The notes beneath the pieces were generated by a model. It was given only the letters and a program-made list of their open reading frames with translations, ran no database searches and was not told where the DNA came from. A program made the position numbers and the translations under genes. DNA of 64,000 nt from Owenia fusiformis (lineage: Eukaryota), in contig CAIIXF020000001.1 of NCBI GenBank assembly GCA_903813345.2, positions 28,706,001 to 28,770,000 of the forward strand, given 5' to 3'. Positions 52,601 through 64,000 of the stretch are shown here, piece by piece. The first letter of the stretch is position 1; the number at the start of each line of letters is the position of its first letter.

Positions 52601-55600
52601 GAACAGAACCCATCCTTAATCATGGACTTGATAAGATATATTGATAAAGACATCTCTTGGTGAAAACTATATACTGGGCTAAAATCTTACATTATGTCAA
52701 GAGTACCCATATTCCTAATGCAATCACACACTATGTCAGATCTTTGCCTAATATTTACCATCTCCTTAGAACCCATCTCCGATAACCCATTAGTTAAATA
52801 ATGCAAACATTTTACACATAAAGTCGGTAGAAATCTTAGAGCGAAATCTTCCATTGTAAAATATATTCCAATATATGAATATTTGTTTTTATTCATGCAG
52901 TTCAGTTGAGAAGTAGATTAGTAGACTTTGTAGAGAAGTAGATTTTGTTTCACAATCTAAATTTAATTCTGTTTTCTGTAGCCCAGTGGCAGTTGTTTGG
53001 GATTCATTTCAGGTTCCTCTGATGTTTTTCAGGATTCTTTTTCAGATCTTTGGTAATATCTTTTTTTAGATCTGATCCTAGATTCTACACAAAATCACAG
53101 AGAAGATCTTTGTTGGTTTTGGCTGGTAAAAGCAATTTTACCAATATTTTAGGTGAGGAAACGCTTTTACATGTTTATATGTTCTCTTATATACACACAT
53201 ATTAACTCACTTAGGTAAATGAAGCTGAGAAAGAGAGGATCGAGAGTGAGGTGCATCACCAGAATACTGCAATGGAGTTCAATGCCACCGAACAAAGAGT
53301 TAAACAACTGCAGAAAGAACTGAAAAGGCAGATTGCAAAATCAAGGTATGGCATCCAAAACAAATAGTGTGAACTAAAAGAACTGCTCGTTGCATATTCT
53401 GTCATGGTTTTCTATGGTGCAAACAATCTAGATACATGTATTTCAAAAAGCATGTTACCATGGTGGTTTTTAGGATTTATGACTTTCTTGGTGGAGAACG
53501 TCCGGGGAAAGTTGTATTATAATATCTTTTGCATATTTTTTGCTGTTCTTGTAAACTTTTACCCCAAAAGAAATATGAGATTAAAAGTAGCATTATGTGA
53601 CAACCCTCATTCCTGTAAAGAATGAGTTTTCATGTAGTGTTTATTTAAATGTACATTGGTGAAGGAATATATTTTCCTGAACAATTTAAACAAGATGTAT
53701 TGCTTGCTTCTCTCTTCATTTCTTATATAGCTTCCATATTACATAGAACTAACATACTAATCATCATTTTGTAGTTGAGTCCTGAATTTTGAAATATTGT
53801 TAACTGTTTGTAGAAGTTGTCTCACTGGTTCAGCAGTAACATTGTTTAGTTTGTCATTCATTATCTATTTTTCACACATGGCTAGGCTTACATTCACTCC
53901 GCCCAGTTTTCTGCATGAGACAATTGTAAATTCTGCACAGTTTTCTGTATTCAAAAAGTATGCACGGTTTCAAAATTTATGCAATTATGCAAGGTTTTCT
54001 GTGTATTGTATATGTAAAAGCAAAATCTGCAAAAACTTTGCAAACATATTAACAATATGAAATTTTCACATGTTAGTATACTTACACGATGGCCATATTC
54101 AGTATCATGGATTGTGTTGGCAACTTGAGAATTGGTTCTGAGAATGGATCAGTCGATATTGTAGGAATATCAATAGACTCAAACATGTAATCATACCAAT
54201 TCATAGAAATATGTATTAGGGTTTATTTTCAAGATACAAAAAGTTTAAAATCTGCACTCTTTCGGAAATATTTTTCAAAATGATAAGATGTCAAAATCAA
54301 GGTCAGACATGTTGCATCGATCCTTGCAAAAGGTTACCTACAATATTTTTTATTAACAATTGTATGAAAACATGTCTCATAAGTCATTGTACTGGTTTCA
54401 ATCAATTTATCTAAAAGTTTTTGCTATGTGTGAAAAGTAATAGAGCATGTCACCCCATCATTAGTAAGTGAAACCATGTAGCTAACTGGCAGAGATCAAT
54501 TTTGCACATACAGATAATTAACGAAATGTGCTTGTCACATGCAAAAACAGATACTGGCCCTGTCCTGATATTCTTTGAATCTAGCAAATGTACCCTGCAA
54601 TTTATTTTTGTTCACATGAACGCTGCTGAATTATTGAGATGGCCCCTAATTACTGAATATAATTTTCTTGATTTGTATGATGTGTATTTATGAAACATAG
54701 AGATACTGTATGAGTGATCTAAAATAGCTTTGTATGACCCCTAGGTATTAATGTATTCTGTTTATTTTGTTTGTGCCCACGTTGGAATTCTAGTCTGTCA
54801 ACACGCCGCAGTTTGTTACAACTTAACTCTCTCGCAAATCAGCATAGACTCGATGTGTTGTAAGTTGCTCACTGTATCTGCACTATTTGGCAGTGTTATT
54901 TATTGCGCATCCCCCTTCTGTTGCATCACTTGTTGTTTTTTGCTTGGTGTGATTGTGTGGGGAGTAAGGGAAATGATGGGAATTCCTCAAACATCCTCGT
55001 AGTTGCATTTGGAAATGGTCGCTTACTTCAGTACACAATTACAGTACATCAAAATCCTTTGTCTTATTCTATGGTCTTATTTGGTATGCATATTTCTGTT
55101 TACTTTGTATGAAATCGATTAAATGAATGAATGGCTCTGTTTTGTATTTTCTGTAAAACCCATAGCTGGATATAGCATGTTGCTTTTTGTCACCCTTTTA
55201 CGTTTACATAATTCATTATTATTAACATATATTAACATATGAGACACACATGTTAGATATTAAATTAAATCACTCAATCACCTGCAAATATTCACAAAAG
55301 CAAGTTATTCAAATTATTGCATTAAAATGTTCAGGAAAATAAAATTTGCATGCTATAGTGTATAAAATGAGTTGGGTTGTGGTGTTTAATTATTAGAATA
55401 TAGATTTGCATAATATTCAATTTTATCGTGCCTAAAATAGGATGGTTGGCTTGTATTGTTTTTCTTGTAATTTCCAGAGAAACCGCTTGGTGGATTGCTT
55501 TAAAGTTTTCAGGGATATTTCATGAAAATCTAGGACTAAATAAGTTTTGGTCATGGGGCACAGGCCAATTTTGATTTTTAGGTGCGATTTTGTTCACCCT

Positions 55601-58600
55601 GTGCATTGTTCACTCACTTAACAAACTAAAACACAGGATTCTCATTAGTCAGGTCATGCCACATGAATTCTTGAAAATTCAGTATTAACACCTGGTTCTT
55701 ATTTTCTTTCCCAAGTTTACCACGAGGATTGGGACATCTAATTTTGGTAAAATGAGGGAGGAAGTATCCACAAAGTGGGAGCCTCATATTTTGGTGAAGT
55801 GCTAGAGAATGACAATTTGCAAAGAAATATCCAGAATTTCACACAATTTGAAAAGTTATCTGTACAGATAGTACTTTAACAATGAGGGAAGAATTTCTAG
55901 TAACTTAAAAGCTGCTTTAACTCGACAAATTAAACCACTCAAGGGCGTTACAATACCCGGGAATTTATCGGTTCGTGCAGTACTTGTTTGTGATAGCGCC
56001 CTCTGTAGGTCACTGTGCTTAATGCCTACAGTAATACAGGGTAGGATATCGGGAATTCGGTCAGTTTCTATCCGTCGATTACGCTATGAATTGAAGCAAG
56101 TGTGACCACTTTATCCACTTAAACAATTTGATAATTGATTAAATCTTTAAACAAAATCGATAAACACGTTATACACTTCCTATCTCCTTAGAAATTAGCA
56201 TGTATTTATGAATTGTGTTTTCGAACAAGGCTCGACCCAGACCAATAGGGAAATCCTTATGCTAATTAGTATGACGTCATATTTTCCTGGGGAATCCTAG
56301 ATTTCAAAGCCTCAGTCTGTTATTGTGTCAAATGTAAACGCTCTTTTGCAGACAGAAAATTGACAGATTAGCTTTTAACTTTCAGCTTTGATGTTTAAAT
56401 ATTCTGTATTTCTACCGGACTTCTTGCTGAATATCATATAATGTTATAACTTGATTTGGACCATTGCCTGATTGATCATTCTGAAATTTTGATTGTGATT
56501 CATGATTCAATTGGCAAGAAAAATAATTCCTATTGTTTTCCTGCGAAGTCAAAATGTTACAGCATGAGTTATAATGTCGAGTTTGCAATGCATCATGTTA
56601 AATTCTGCTAGTGAGAAGTCCATGCACAAGCATACACATAAGGCCCATAAGAGACAAACACAACCAGGCTCCAGGCCGTGGATGGAAATATAAAACTATT
56701 TAAGGCACACACTGGTATTTAATAGACCGATATGTAGTGTCTGCCATGTATTGAAGGTAAACCAATCTGCATTATTAATGTTACTTCTATCAATACATGG
56801 ATTGTGCAATGGAAAAGCAATGGCACAATCAAAAATGTGCATATCAATCGTGAATATCTCTCGGTTCAAAGCTTATTTCCAACAGAATCGTGTCAAAATA
56901 TGTGTCTGAGTAACAGTTATACATTATAAGATCGCAAACTCTTACCAATTATCAGCCGAATGGCTCATTTTCAACGAAATGTCCTTAAGACAACAGCCCT
57001 GGGTCACGCCTGAGACCAAAAACTATTTCAAATAGCCCTCCCCTAAATAATATTGGATAATCACATTTATGCGGGCGCGCGCAGATCATCCACTGAACGA
57101 AACGCCACTTCCCTCTGAAATCACCGGGTATTGATCTTTCCCTTGAACCACTCATGCAACAGCCTTATCAATCATTCTTCTGCAAGAATTTGGTTTGAAG
57201 CTAGATTTGACATCCTACATCCTGAAAATCATTTTTCTAATATAATCTAATAGTTGCCTTTGAAAGTCTAAATACTGATTTAGACATTTATGCTTTTAAT
57301 AAACAAACAAACATTAAATTATGCCTATTGTTTAAGTACTATCTGTACATATAACTTTTCAAATTGTGTGAAATTCTGGATATTTCTTTGCAAATTGTCA
57401 TTCTCTAGCACTTCACCAAAATTTGAGGCTCCCACTTTGTGGATATGTGTACATTATTTGTACACTAAATCAGTACCATATGTCAATATTTATGGATTAT
57501 TACAGCATTGAAATGAATACTTTAATGTACAGGCCAGTTGCACAATATTTTTGGTTTAGAAAAACAAAAAAAACAATATTTTTGGTGATGGTTATACTCT
57601 ATTTTTGGAAGGAAAATCATTTCATCATATCAATTTTTTTGATATGATTTCCCTCAACTCAATGACAAAACTGATATCAATTAGAACCATATTAGGTAAC
57701 ACATGCTCATATACTCGTACATCCTTCCTATTTGGTATTGTTTTTGGGATTGTTTTAATATTATTTAACATTCTATTCCTTCTTCAAATGGTGATTTTGA
57801 TCTGGAGACGTTTTTCATGTTAGGACATGATGCACTGTATAATATTAATATCACAGTGTCTGATGAATTTGACTACAAGATCATTAACAAACTAAGATGT
57901 ATATTTTGGTATTCTGGAAATGCAACCTATCCTTTAGTAACATACGTTCATGAGTTTGAGTCTTCAATATTGAATTAATAAAATAATTTAGCAATTAATA
58001 TTATTTTGTGTTTTTCAGGCCTTACTTTGAGCAAAAGGCCAAGTTTAATGCTTACATGGAGGTAAGCACATTTTCCAAATCTATAATAATAGGTCTGATA
58101 AAACTGAGTGTATAGATTCAGCTTCAATAGATACATAGAAGAATTTTATTTATTGTTATTTCAATGATTACAACAGTCTCAAAATTATAAAAATGAAATT
58201 TGAATCACAAAGAGAGCACTCTGTAATTCAACCTTTTAGAGGCGCCATTAGAGAGGTCTCAACTAGTGTTGTCGCGATGTGCCATAATCGTACATCGATG
58301 CATCGGCAATTTTCAGTAGTAAACATCGATGCACATCGCGATGTACATCGAGAAAAAGTCCGAGAAAAGTGCACTGAAATACCGAACGCTAATGCACTAA
58401 AATACCGAACATCCGGTACATCCGGGAACTTCTAGTAACGGTGAAATGAAAGTAAAGTAATTTTCTTAGATTAATGGTTCATTTCGACTAGCTAAAACAG
58501 TTTTAAAGAGAAAGAATATCAGAAAACATTGAAAAATGAAATAAGACATGAGAAAGGTAAGCGATTTGCGTCAAAATAAGATAAGAAAGGGTGACTTAGA

Positions 58601-61090
58601 ATAGGCGAAAGCCTCTTGTCCGATCCATTTCGTCAAATTGTATAAATATAATGTATGTAAAACTTATAGACGAATAAAATATTTTTAATAAATAATAATA
58701 AGAAAGGGTGATTTTTAGCAAATTTTTTTTTAAAAAAAAACATCGATGTTTTGTTTCAGACATCGATGCATCGCCAGAATCAGCTTTGGCGATGTATATC
58801 GCGATGTATCGATTAATCGCGACAACACTAGTCTCAACCAGAAAGCCTACGATTTAACCAATTTTCTTAATACTTAATTGCTAAACTTTTCTACCATAAT
58901 AAAAACTTCCACTTTGTTCATGTGTATGTTATGTATTTCTAGGAACAGAAAAAGAAAGTGAGTTCACTGGAGAAGGGCATCGTCAAAGCCAAGCAGTCTT
59001 ATGGCATTGCCTTGAAAAACCTGGAGAGTATTAGTGATGAGATACATCAACATCGATATGAAAACAAAGTTCGACGTGAGATGGGAACTAGAGGTTCAGG
59101 AGTAGGGGCTGAGTCTCCACCTCCCCTGTATGACCAGGTTAAAGAGGAGGACAAGCACATTGCTAATAAAGACAGAAAGCCAAAGGGGAGTATAGACTCT
59201 GAAACGCAGACAGACATTTCAACAGAATCTCAAGGGTCTAAGGTGAAAGATTCACCAGTAACAAATCAAACTAGGACTGTTCGGGGAAAATCAACTTCTC
59301 CTCCTCCAAAACCTAAAAGGGAAACGATTAAAGTTAATGCTAATATTGACTTCCATGATGGTCCTATCAATGTACATGATGAGTATCAAGCTTTACCAGA
59401 ACGACGTAAAGAGACAATTAGTCATCCAAGGTTTTTGCCAAAACATCGTAGTACAGGTATCGTGGCACCTGAGATTGTAATGTCCCCACTGGCTCTTGGT
59501 GGGCCAGCAGCGGTGCTACGTTCTAAAGATGCTACAGGCTCCCCTGGCTCTAGGGGAAGATCATCTAGTCAACCCATAATGCCCACAAAGCAAACAACAA
59601 AACCTCAACCAAATGAACACACATTCATAAAACCAGCTGCTAGTAATGGTGCCAGGCCAAAGCAAGGGAATATGAAGAGATCTGACTCAAGAACACAGAC
59701 CTCCCAGAACCCCAGTAATAGCCAGTCTATGGACCTCTTAAGTCCATCTTCTAACAGTCAAGATGGAGACTCTTCTGATGCGGAAAGTATTACAAGCTGC
59801 CCCATGTTGGATGATGAACAGGTTGGTTAATTAATAAATGAGCCAGGCCACAGGAAAAGGGGTCTTATCACAGATTTTTTCAATATTCTGATTTTTTGTA
59901 TCTTAAAAAGCACAAAGAAACCTTTCAAATGAGCCATGGCTTATGTCCTAAGAATTTTTCCTTGCATATATAGACCAAAAAGTCGGATCTGAATTTAGCA
60001 CACTTTCCTCTTAATCGTGGGCACATTTTTGGCTCTGTTGCACAATTTTGATTTTTGTGATAAGACCGGTTTTCCTATGGCCAGGCTCAAATTCATTTTT
60101 ATTGAGGAATCCATGTTGATATAAAATGATTTTTATTACTAAATAAAATAAATTTTTAGTATACTTCAGTTCAACATTTATATGCATACAAAAAATATTA
60201 GTGATGGCAGCCAATTTGACCAGGGTCTTTTTTATAGAAATATTAAATGATTCGTCAGTGTATAGTAACAACCATTAAACTTCATATCACAAACATTATA
60301 AAGCAAATTTTCAAATGACAAACATTATGATTTATGAACAAACATTATGATTTATGAACAAACATTATGTTTTCAGATTGAGAGTTTGATGAATGACTTC
60401 AAAGATCTGCCTCCAGTGAGTCCATTTGAGGAAACCAATATTGAGAAAAAACGTCGTAGTCTCACGATTCCAAAACGTCTAAGCTACCTCCAACCATATA
60501 TGTCATTTAATCACGAACTTGCAGAAGACCCATCACAGGACAGCCAATTAAATGTTACGAAAGACTTTTCCTCAGAGCAATGTGAGGACTTATTGGAATG
60601 TGCGAGTAATACAAGCTTTACAAGTCAGCAGAGTGACCTCAGTATGTTGAGTGGAATAAGAAGCGCATCTCAAACACCCATTAAGGGGAATTCTTTAGAT
60701 TTCCGGAATAAACGAAGCATATCGGAATGTGACAGCCACGACTCTGAAGGAAATAATGACATGAAAAACTGTGATAATACCAATAAAGTCATAAATGAGG
60801 CCATTAACAAATTGAAACCAGTCAATAATAATATGAAGTCAATGTCTGGTGAGGACTGTGATACAGCAGATGCAATATATGAAAAACCCAGTAGTATTAA
60901 AAAGGCAACTAATGTTGACAAAGCAGAAAATACACAAGTTGACGATGGACATTCAACAAGTGAGGATTGTGACTCTGGCATTACAGTTGACAAAGATAAT
61001 GTTCATGCTGATGACATTACAACCGATAATAAGAGAGATGTTCATAGGATAGGTATAGAGGATGTTAAAGTAGAATTGAAGAATGTCTAA
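46523..61090 (+). CDS. SH3BP5L: SH3BP5-like / Parcas (Rab11 GEF) gene, 8 constitutive exons
   Basis: Exons 46523-46630, 51023-51085, 51601-51729, 52140-52301, 53215-53345, 58019-58061, 58943-59821, 60377-61090, all with consistent phases. The translation LDPRVQGELESLNRASEDINKLETELDEARAGFR..LGSCIDKARPYYDAR..FDPAWQEMLNHATLKVNEAE..KSRPYFEQKA..ALKNLESISDEIH matches the SH3BP5 family, closest to SH3BP5L/Parcas. The true start may be the ATG at 46556. Confidence 0.93.
49268..49339 (-). ncRNA. tRNA-like (pseudo) sequence, copy 1, B-box mutated (GGTTAGATCC)
   Basis: A box TAGCTCAGTGG present; cloverleaf arms present. Confidence 0.6.
49567..49638 (-). ncRNA. tRNA-like sequence, copy 2 (anticodon position GGA, C33, weak acceptor stem)
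   Basis: GGTCCTGTAGCTCAGTGGTAGAGCACTTGCCCGGAAAGCGAGGAGTCGTGGGTTCGATCCCCACTGGGGTGG, followed by a TTTTT run. Confidence 0.7.
49866..49937 (-). ncRNA. tRNA-like sequence, copy 3
   Basis: Identical to copy 2. Confidence 0.7.
51023..51085 (+). CDS. SH3BP5L: SH3BP5-like exon 2
   Basis: ttttag/GTAAGT; GELESLNRASEDINKLETELD. Confidence 0.93.
51601..51729 (+). CDS. SH3BP5L: SH3BP5-like exon 3
   Basis: tttcag/GTAAGA; EARAGFR...RPYYDARMQAKD. Confidence 0.93.
52140..52301 (+). CDS. SH3BP5L: SH3BP5-like exon 4
   Basis: ttttag/GTAGAA; AQLETQKAA...WQEMLNHATLK. Confidence 0.93.
53215..53345 (+). CDS. SH3BP5L: SH3BP5-like exon 5
   Basis: cttag/GTATGG; VNEAEKERI...IAKS, ends in phase 2. Confidence 0.93.
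54794..54859 (+). CDS. SH3BP5L: Candidate 66-nt symmetric cassette exon (SLSTRRSLLQLNSLANQHRLDVL)
   Basis: tctag acceptor, GTAAGT donor; phase 2-2; open in the frame joining exons 5 and 6. Confidence 0.7.
58019..58061 (+). CDS. SH3BP5L: SH3BP5-like exon 6 (RPYFEQKAKFNAYME)
   Basis: tttcag/GTAAGC; phase 2-0. Confidence 0.92.
58264..58830. mobile_element. hAT-type MITE, 8-bp TSD
   Basis: GTCTCAAC|TAGTGTTGTCGCGAT...ATCGCGACAACACTA|GTCTCAAC; ATCGATG subterminal motifs. Confidence 0.9.
58943..59821 (+). CDS. SH3BP5L: SH3BP5-like exon 7 (end of coiled coil plus disordered region)
   Basis: ttctag/GTTGGT; 879 nt. Confidence 0.9.
59840..60088. mobile_element. Sola-like MITE, 4-bp TSD
   Basis: AAAT|GAGCCAGGCCACAGGAAAA..TCTTATCACA...TGTGATAAGA..TTTTCCTATGGCCAGGCTC|AAAT. 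Confidence 0.78.
60377..61090 (+). CDS. SH3BP5L: SH3BP5-like terminal exon (acidic, Ser-rich tail)
   Basis: tttcag acceptor; 714 nt to TAA. Confidence 0.85.
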   Translation: MESLMNDFKDLPPVSPFEETNIEKKRRSLTIPKRLSYLQPYMSFNHELAEDPSQDSQLNVTKDFSSEQCEDLLECASNTSFTSQQSDLSMLSGIRSASQTPIKGNSLDFRNKRSISECDSHDSEGNNDMKNCDNTNKVINEAINKLKPVNNNMKSMSGEDCDTADAIYEKPSSIKKATNVDKAENTQVDDGHSTSEDCDSGITVDKDNVHADDITTDNKRDVHRIGIEDVKVELKNV

Positions 61091-61564
61091 TGTAGAGGAT
61101 ACTTACAATCAAACTTAATAACTTAGTATCAATATTTTCTGAATGTGCAACGTAGCTGAAAAGAAATCATTATTTCATTGGTTGTCCATTTGATAAGCCA
61201 TGTTGATCATGTAAGAATTTACTAACTAATTCTTGACATGAAATATTAAAGAGATAATTGCATTTAGGCATCTGGGGTCCATTAACAGAAGCTTTCTAAA
61301 GCTAGGAATTCCTGAAGTCCATTGTTCTCCAACTGTGATGTCATTATATCCATGGTAACTACAACTGATTTACGAATTCGTAACTTTATGAACTTTCTTT
61401 CAATGACCCCCTGATTATTTAAGTGATAAGAAAAAACAGATTTAAATGCCAGGATGATATATCTAGATTTTCATGTTGTTCTTTGTTAAAAAATCACAAA
61501 CTTTTACCCGTATACCCTAGTTGCGAATATGAAAGTGAATATCAATAGAACTAGTCCATAGGAT

Positions 61565-61800
61565 AAAAAACCACAGAAGGTATCACAACAGATTTTAGAC
61601 AGTCACATGTTGAAAGAAATGTTGGTGGGTGTTTGCACCTTCCCTGTCTCGAAGTCCAAATTATTTGATCATCTCTATGAGAACTTTTCTTTTAGATAAT
61701 GCATTGGCCTAACATATGCACCTTTTTAACTCCTCAGAAAATAGACACAATCCAACATATGAATGTCTAAAATCTGTTGCGATACCTTCCGTGGTTTTTT
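61565..61800. mobile_element. MITE with ~37-bp TIR in the probable SH3BP5-like 3'UTR
   Basis: AAAAAACCACAGAAGGTATCACAACAGATTTTAGACA ... TGTCTAAAATCTGTTGCGATACCTTCCGTGGTTTTTT. Confidence 0.75.
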
Positions 61801-64000
61801 GAGAGTGGGTAGAAATTATAAAGTAGTTGTATAGTACATGTTAGTGAAGCAAAAAACAATATGCAGTACTAATTGCTAAAATATTTTCTGTGCCAGAATG
61901 TGATCTCCAGTTTCAGGCATTAGTATCAAACTAGGCTCTCCATTGCATTTTACATTTTTTGTGATATGTGATCTTCAATTTTAGTCAGAGACCTTGTTTA
62001 TATGTTATCAGGTTTGAAAAATTCAAAAGATATAGAGTTCAGGTATAAAAGTACTTGAGTTTTTGAGTTATGTAAATTGAGATTTAGAGGCCAACTGTCA
62101 AGGCAGATTGCCAAAGTCTTTAGTAACATATAAAATGTAAAATATTAACTGATAAATTTTCAAAAGATTTATTTTAACAGATCCTGTATAAGATTCTAAG
62201 ATGCCATCAAGTGTGAGTACATTTATGAAATTATTTTAGTTGGTTTACTTCGTGAAGAATTTTTTGTTAATTTATTTCTGTGACACAATATCACTGGATA
62301 ATTATATGTTATATATACACAGATTTCAGTCAAGGTTACTGATGTGTAATTTTGCCAAACATGTAATTTAGTTAAAAGTTGGATAAGCATCTGTGTCATA
62401 ATGAGTACATGTGCAATAATCTCTTCATCCCATCAGCTGATATATATTTGGTCACACATTTCTACAGAATTGTCTGCTCATCTCAAACTTGATGTGAAAT
62501 GGATGAACTACTAGATCATGCAGGAAACCTAAACTTTTACCCTCAGCTTGGAGACAATTTTCTCAATAGCTAGACCACATTTAGTACAACTGCAAGATTG
62601 GGGATATTTCTAGGTTCATTACAGGGATTTTGTTTAATGCAGAAGGGATGGAAAAATCTTGCAAAATTATTAGCATTTTCTACATGTAAACAGTTTCAAA
62701 TTCTTCAATACATTAGTTTCATTTTAGTAAAAACAACCATAGAAAATTGCTTGCTGTTTGCTATTGAAAGCCCTGCATTCTCATATGTCATGAAAGGGTT
62801 TGGCCTTTATCACATGTGAATGATGGGAGTGTACCAGGTGACATAGTGCTTTTGATAATAAAACGAAATCTAAGATATCATAATTCGATATTCATTTCCC
62901 TATTTGCACATTATCTATTGGACAGTGTTCACCACTCATGTTATAAGATTGTGTTCTGCTAAAGTGACACAATTTGATAAAGAATATTTCTTTTTGTCTG
63001 TAATCCTCAAAATATTATGACATCATGATATTCATACAATGGATTTATAAAATTAATGTGAATTTTAACAGGTTAAACACAGTCATCTTAGTCAGTAGTT
63101 TTGGATTTTTATGTATTTCACATGCTATTATATGTGTCACACTAAACATGCATGTACAACTAGTGGAGCAAGCGTGTTTATTGTTTATTTATTGCATATG
63201 AATAAAATAATAGTAAATAAACATCTATAGATGAATGTCTTAGTATTATTTTGTCGCCCAAGAAGATATACAATTGTACATATGTTTTGTCCTAAATTTT
63301 TTATGGTTGGTTTTTGTTTGAATCTGTAACAATTGTCACAAACTTTTAAAATATTTACAATAACTCACCTTAATTAAGGCCTTATTGATTGTTGATTCCG
63401 TTAAGTTTCAAAGTTCTAATCAACATCATTCATGTTTGATAGTGAATCATCAAAAATCATTTCAAAGTATCGTGCTACCCTGCCCAATTGTTTACAATTA
63501 GGTTATAATTTAAAAAGTTGAATCAGGATGTGTGTCTATTCACCTATTACAAATAAATGAGTGGCTAACATGTTTTCAGGGAGTGATTTTGAATTCAGTT
63601 TTTCATAAACACAATGGTTTTTGAATCACTGATTATAAAAAAATCAGTGTCCCTGTCTCTCCCCCCCCCCATTAATTTCTAAATACCCAAAGGGGTTGTA
63701 TATCTATTATGTTGACAGATCTATTTTCAAATATTAACTGATTATTTACTGATTAGTTGATAACCGCATATTATAATATTGGCCTAGACTAATCCCCCAC
63801 TTATAAAGCAACAAACAATAGGAACAGGAACCCAAGTTTGTGAATCACCTTTACTCAAAACTGTAAATATATTCAAGAGAATAAGGGTATAAAATGGAAA
63901 GAGGATGTAAAATGCATAAAAAGAATTCAGTGGTCAGTTAAGGATAACTCTGAATCTTTCCTCCCCTAGGGGATGATGTCCAATTGTTAACAGTTGATCA

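Noticed and set aside
55940..57146. Possible transposon bounded by CAAGGG..CAATACCCGG / CCGGGTATTG..CCCTTG
   Set aside because: The inverted match is short and imperfect, and I could not define termini or a TSD.
60670..61052. Overlapping ORFs 60670-60993 (-) and 60849-61052 (+)
   Set aside because: Shadow frames of the SH3BP5-like terminal exon.

Overview
AT-rich, intron-rich eukaryotic DNA, probably from a marine invertebrate (a mollusc-like repeat landscape; the taxon is inferred, not determined). I traced three protein-coding genes by hand, using GT-AG boundaries with consistent phases. (1) A CED-6/GULP1 PTB-domain engulfment adaptor on the minus strand: 10 core exons at 1215-10589, several candidate alternative 5' exons, and a probable non-coding first exon near 46.3 kb. 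(2) An intronless, divergent otopetrin-family proton channel (37611-39365, plus strand), apparently nested antisense in a 5' intron of GULP1. (3) An SH3BP5-like/Parcas Rab11-GEF gene (46523-61090, plus strand), head-to-head with the GULP1 first exon, with a 66-nt in-frame cassette exon not visible in the ORF track. The introns are full of non-autonomous DNA transposons with readable TIRs and TSDs, Helentron-type elements, minisatellites and a DIRS-like fossil. The most unusual features are a triple tandem 299-bp structured unit carrying a tRNA-like Pol III gene closed by a 21-bp inverted repeat, and a ~2 kb tandem duplication that copies a 38-nt GULP1 micro-exon with a swapped upstream block. 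No CRISPR array, rRNA or autonomous transposase was found. Family assignments come from my recall of the homologues, not from database searches.
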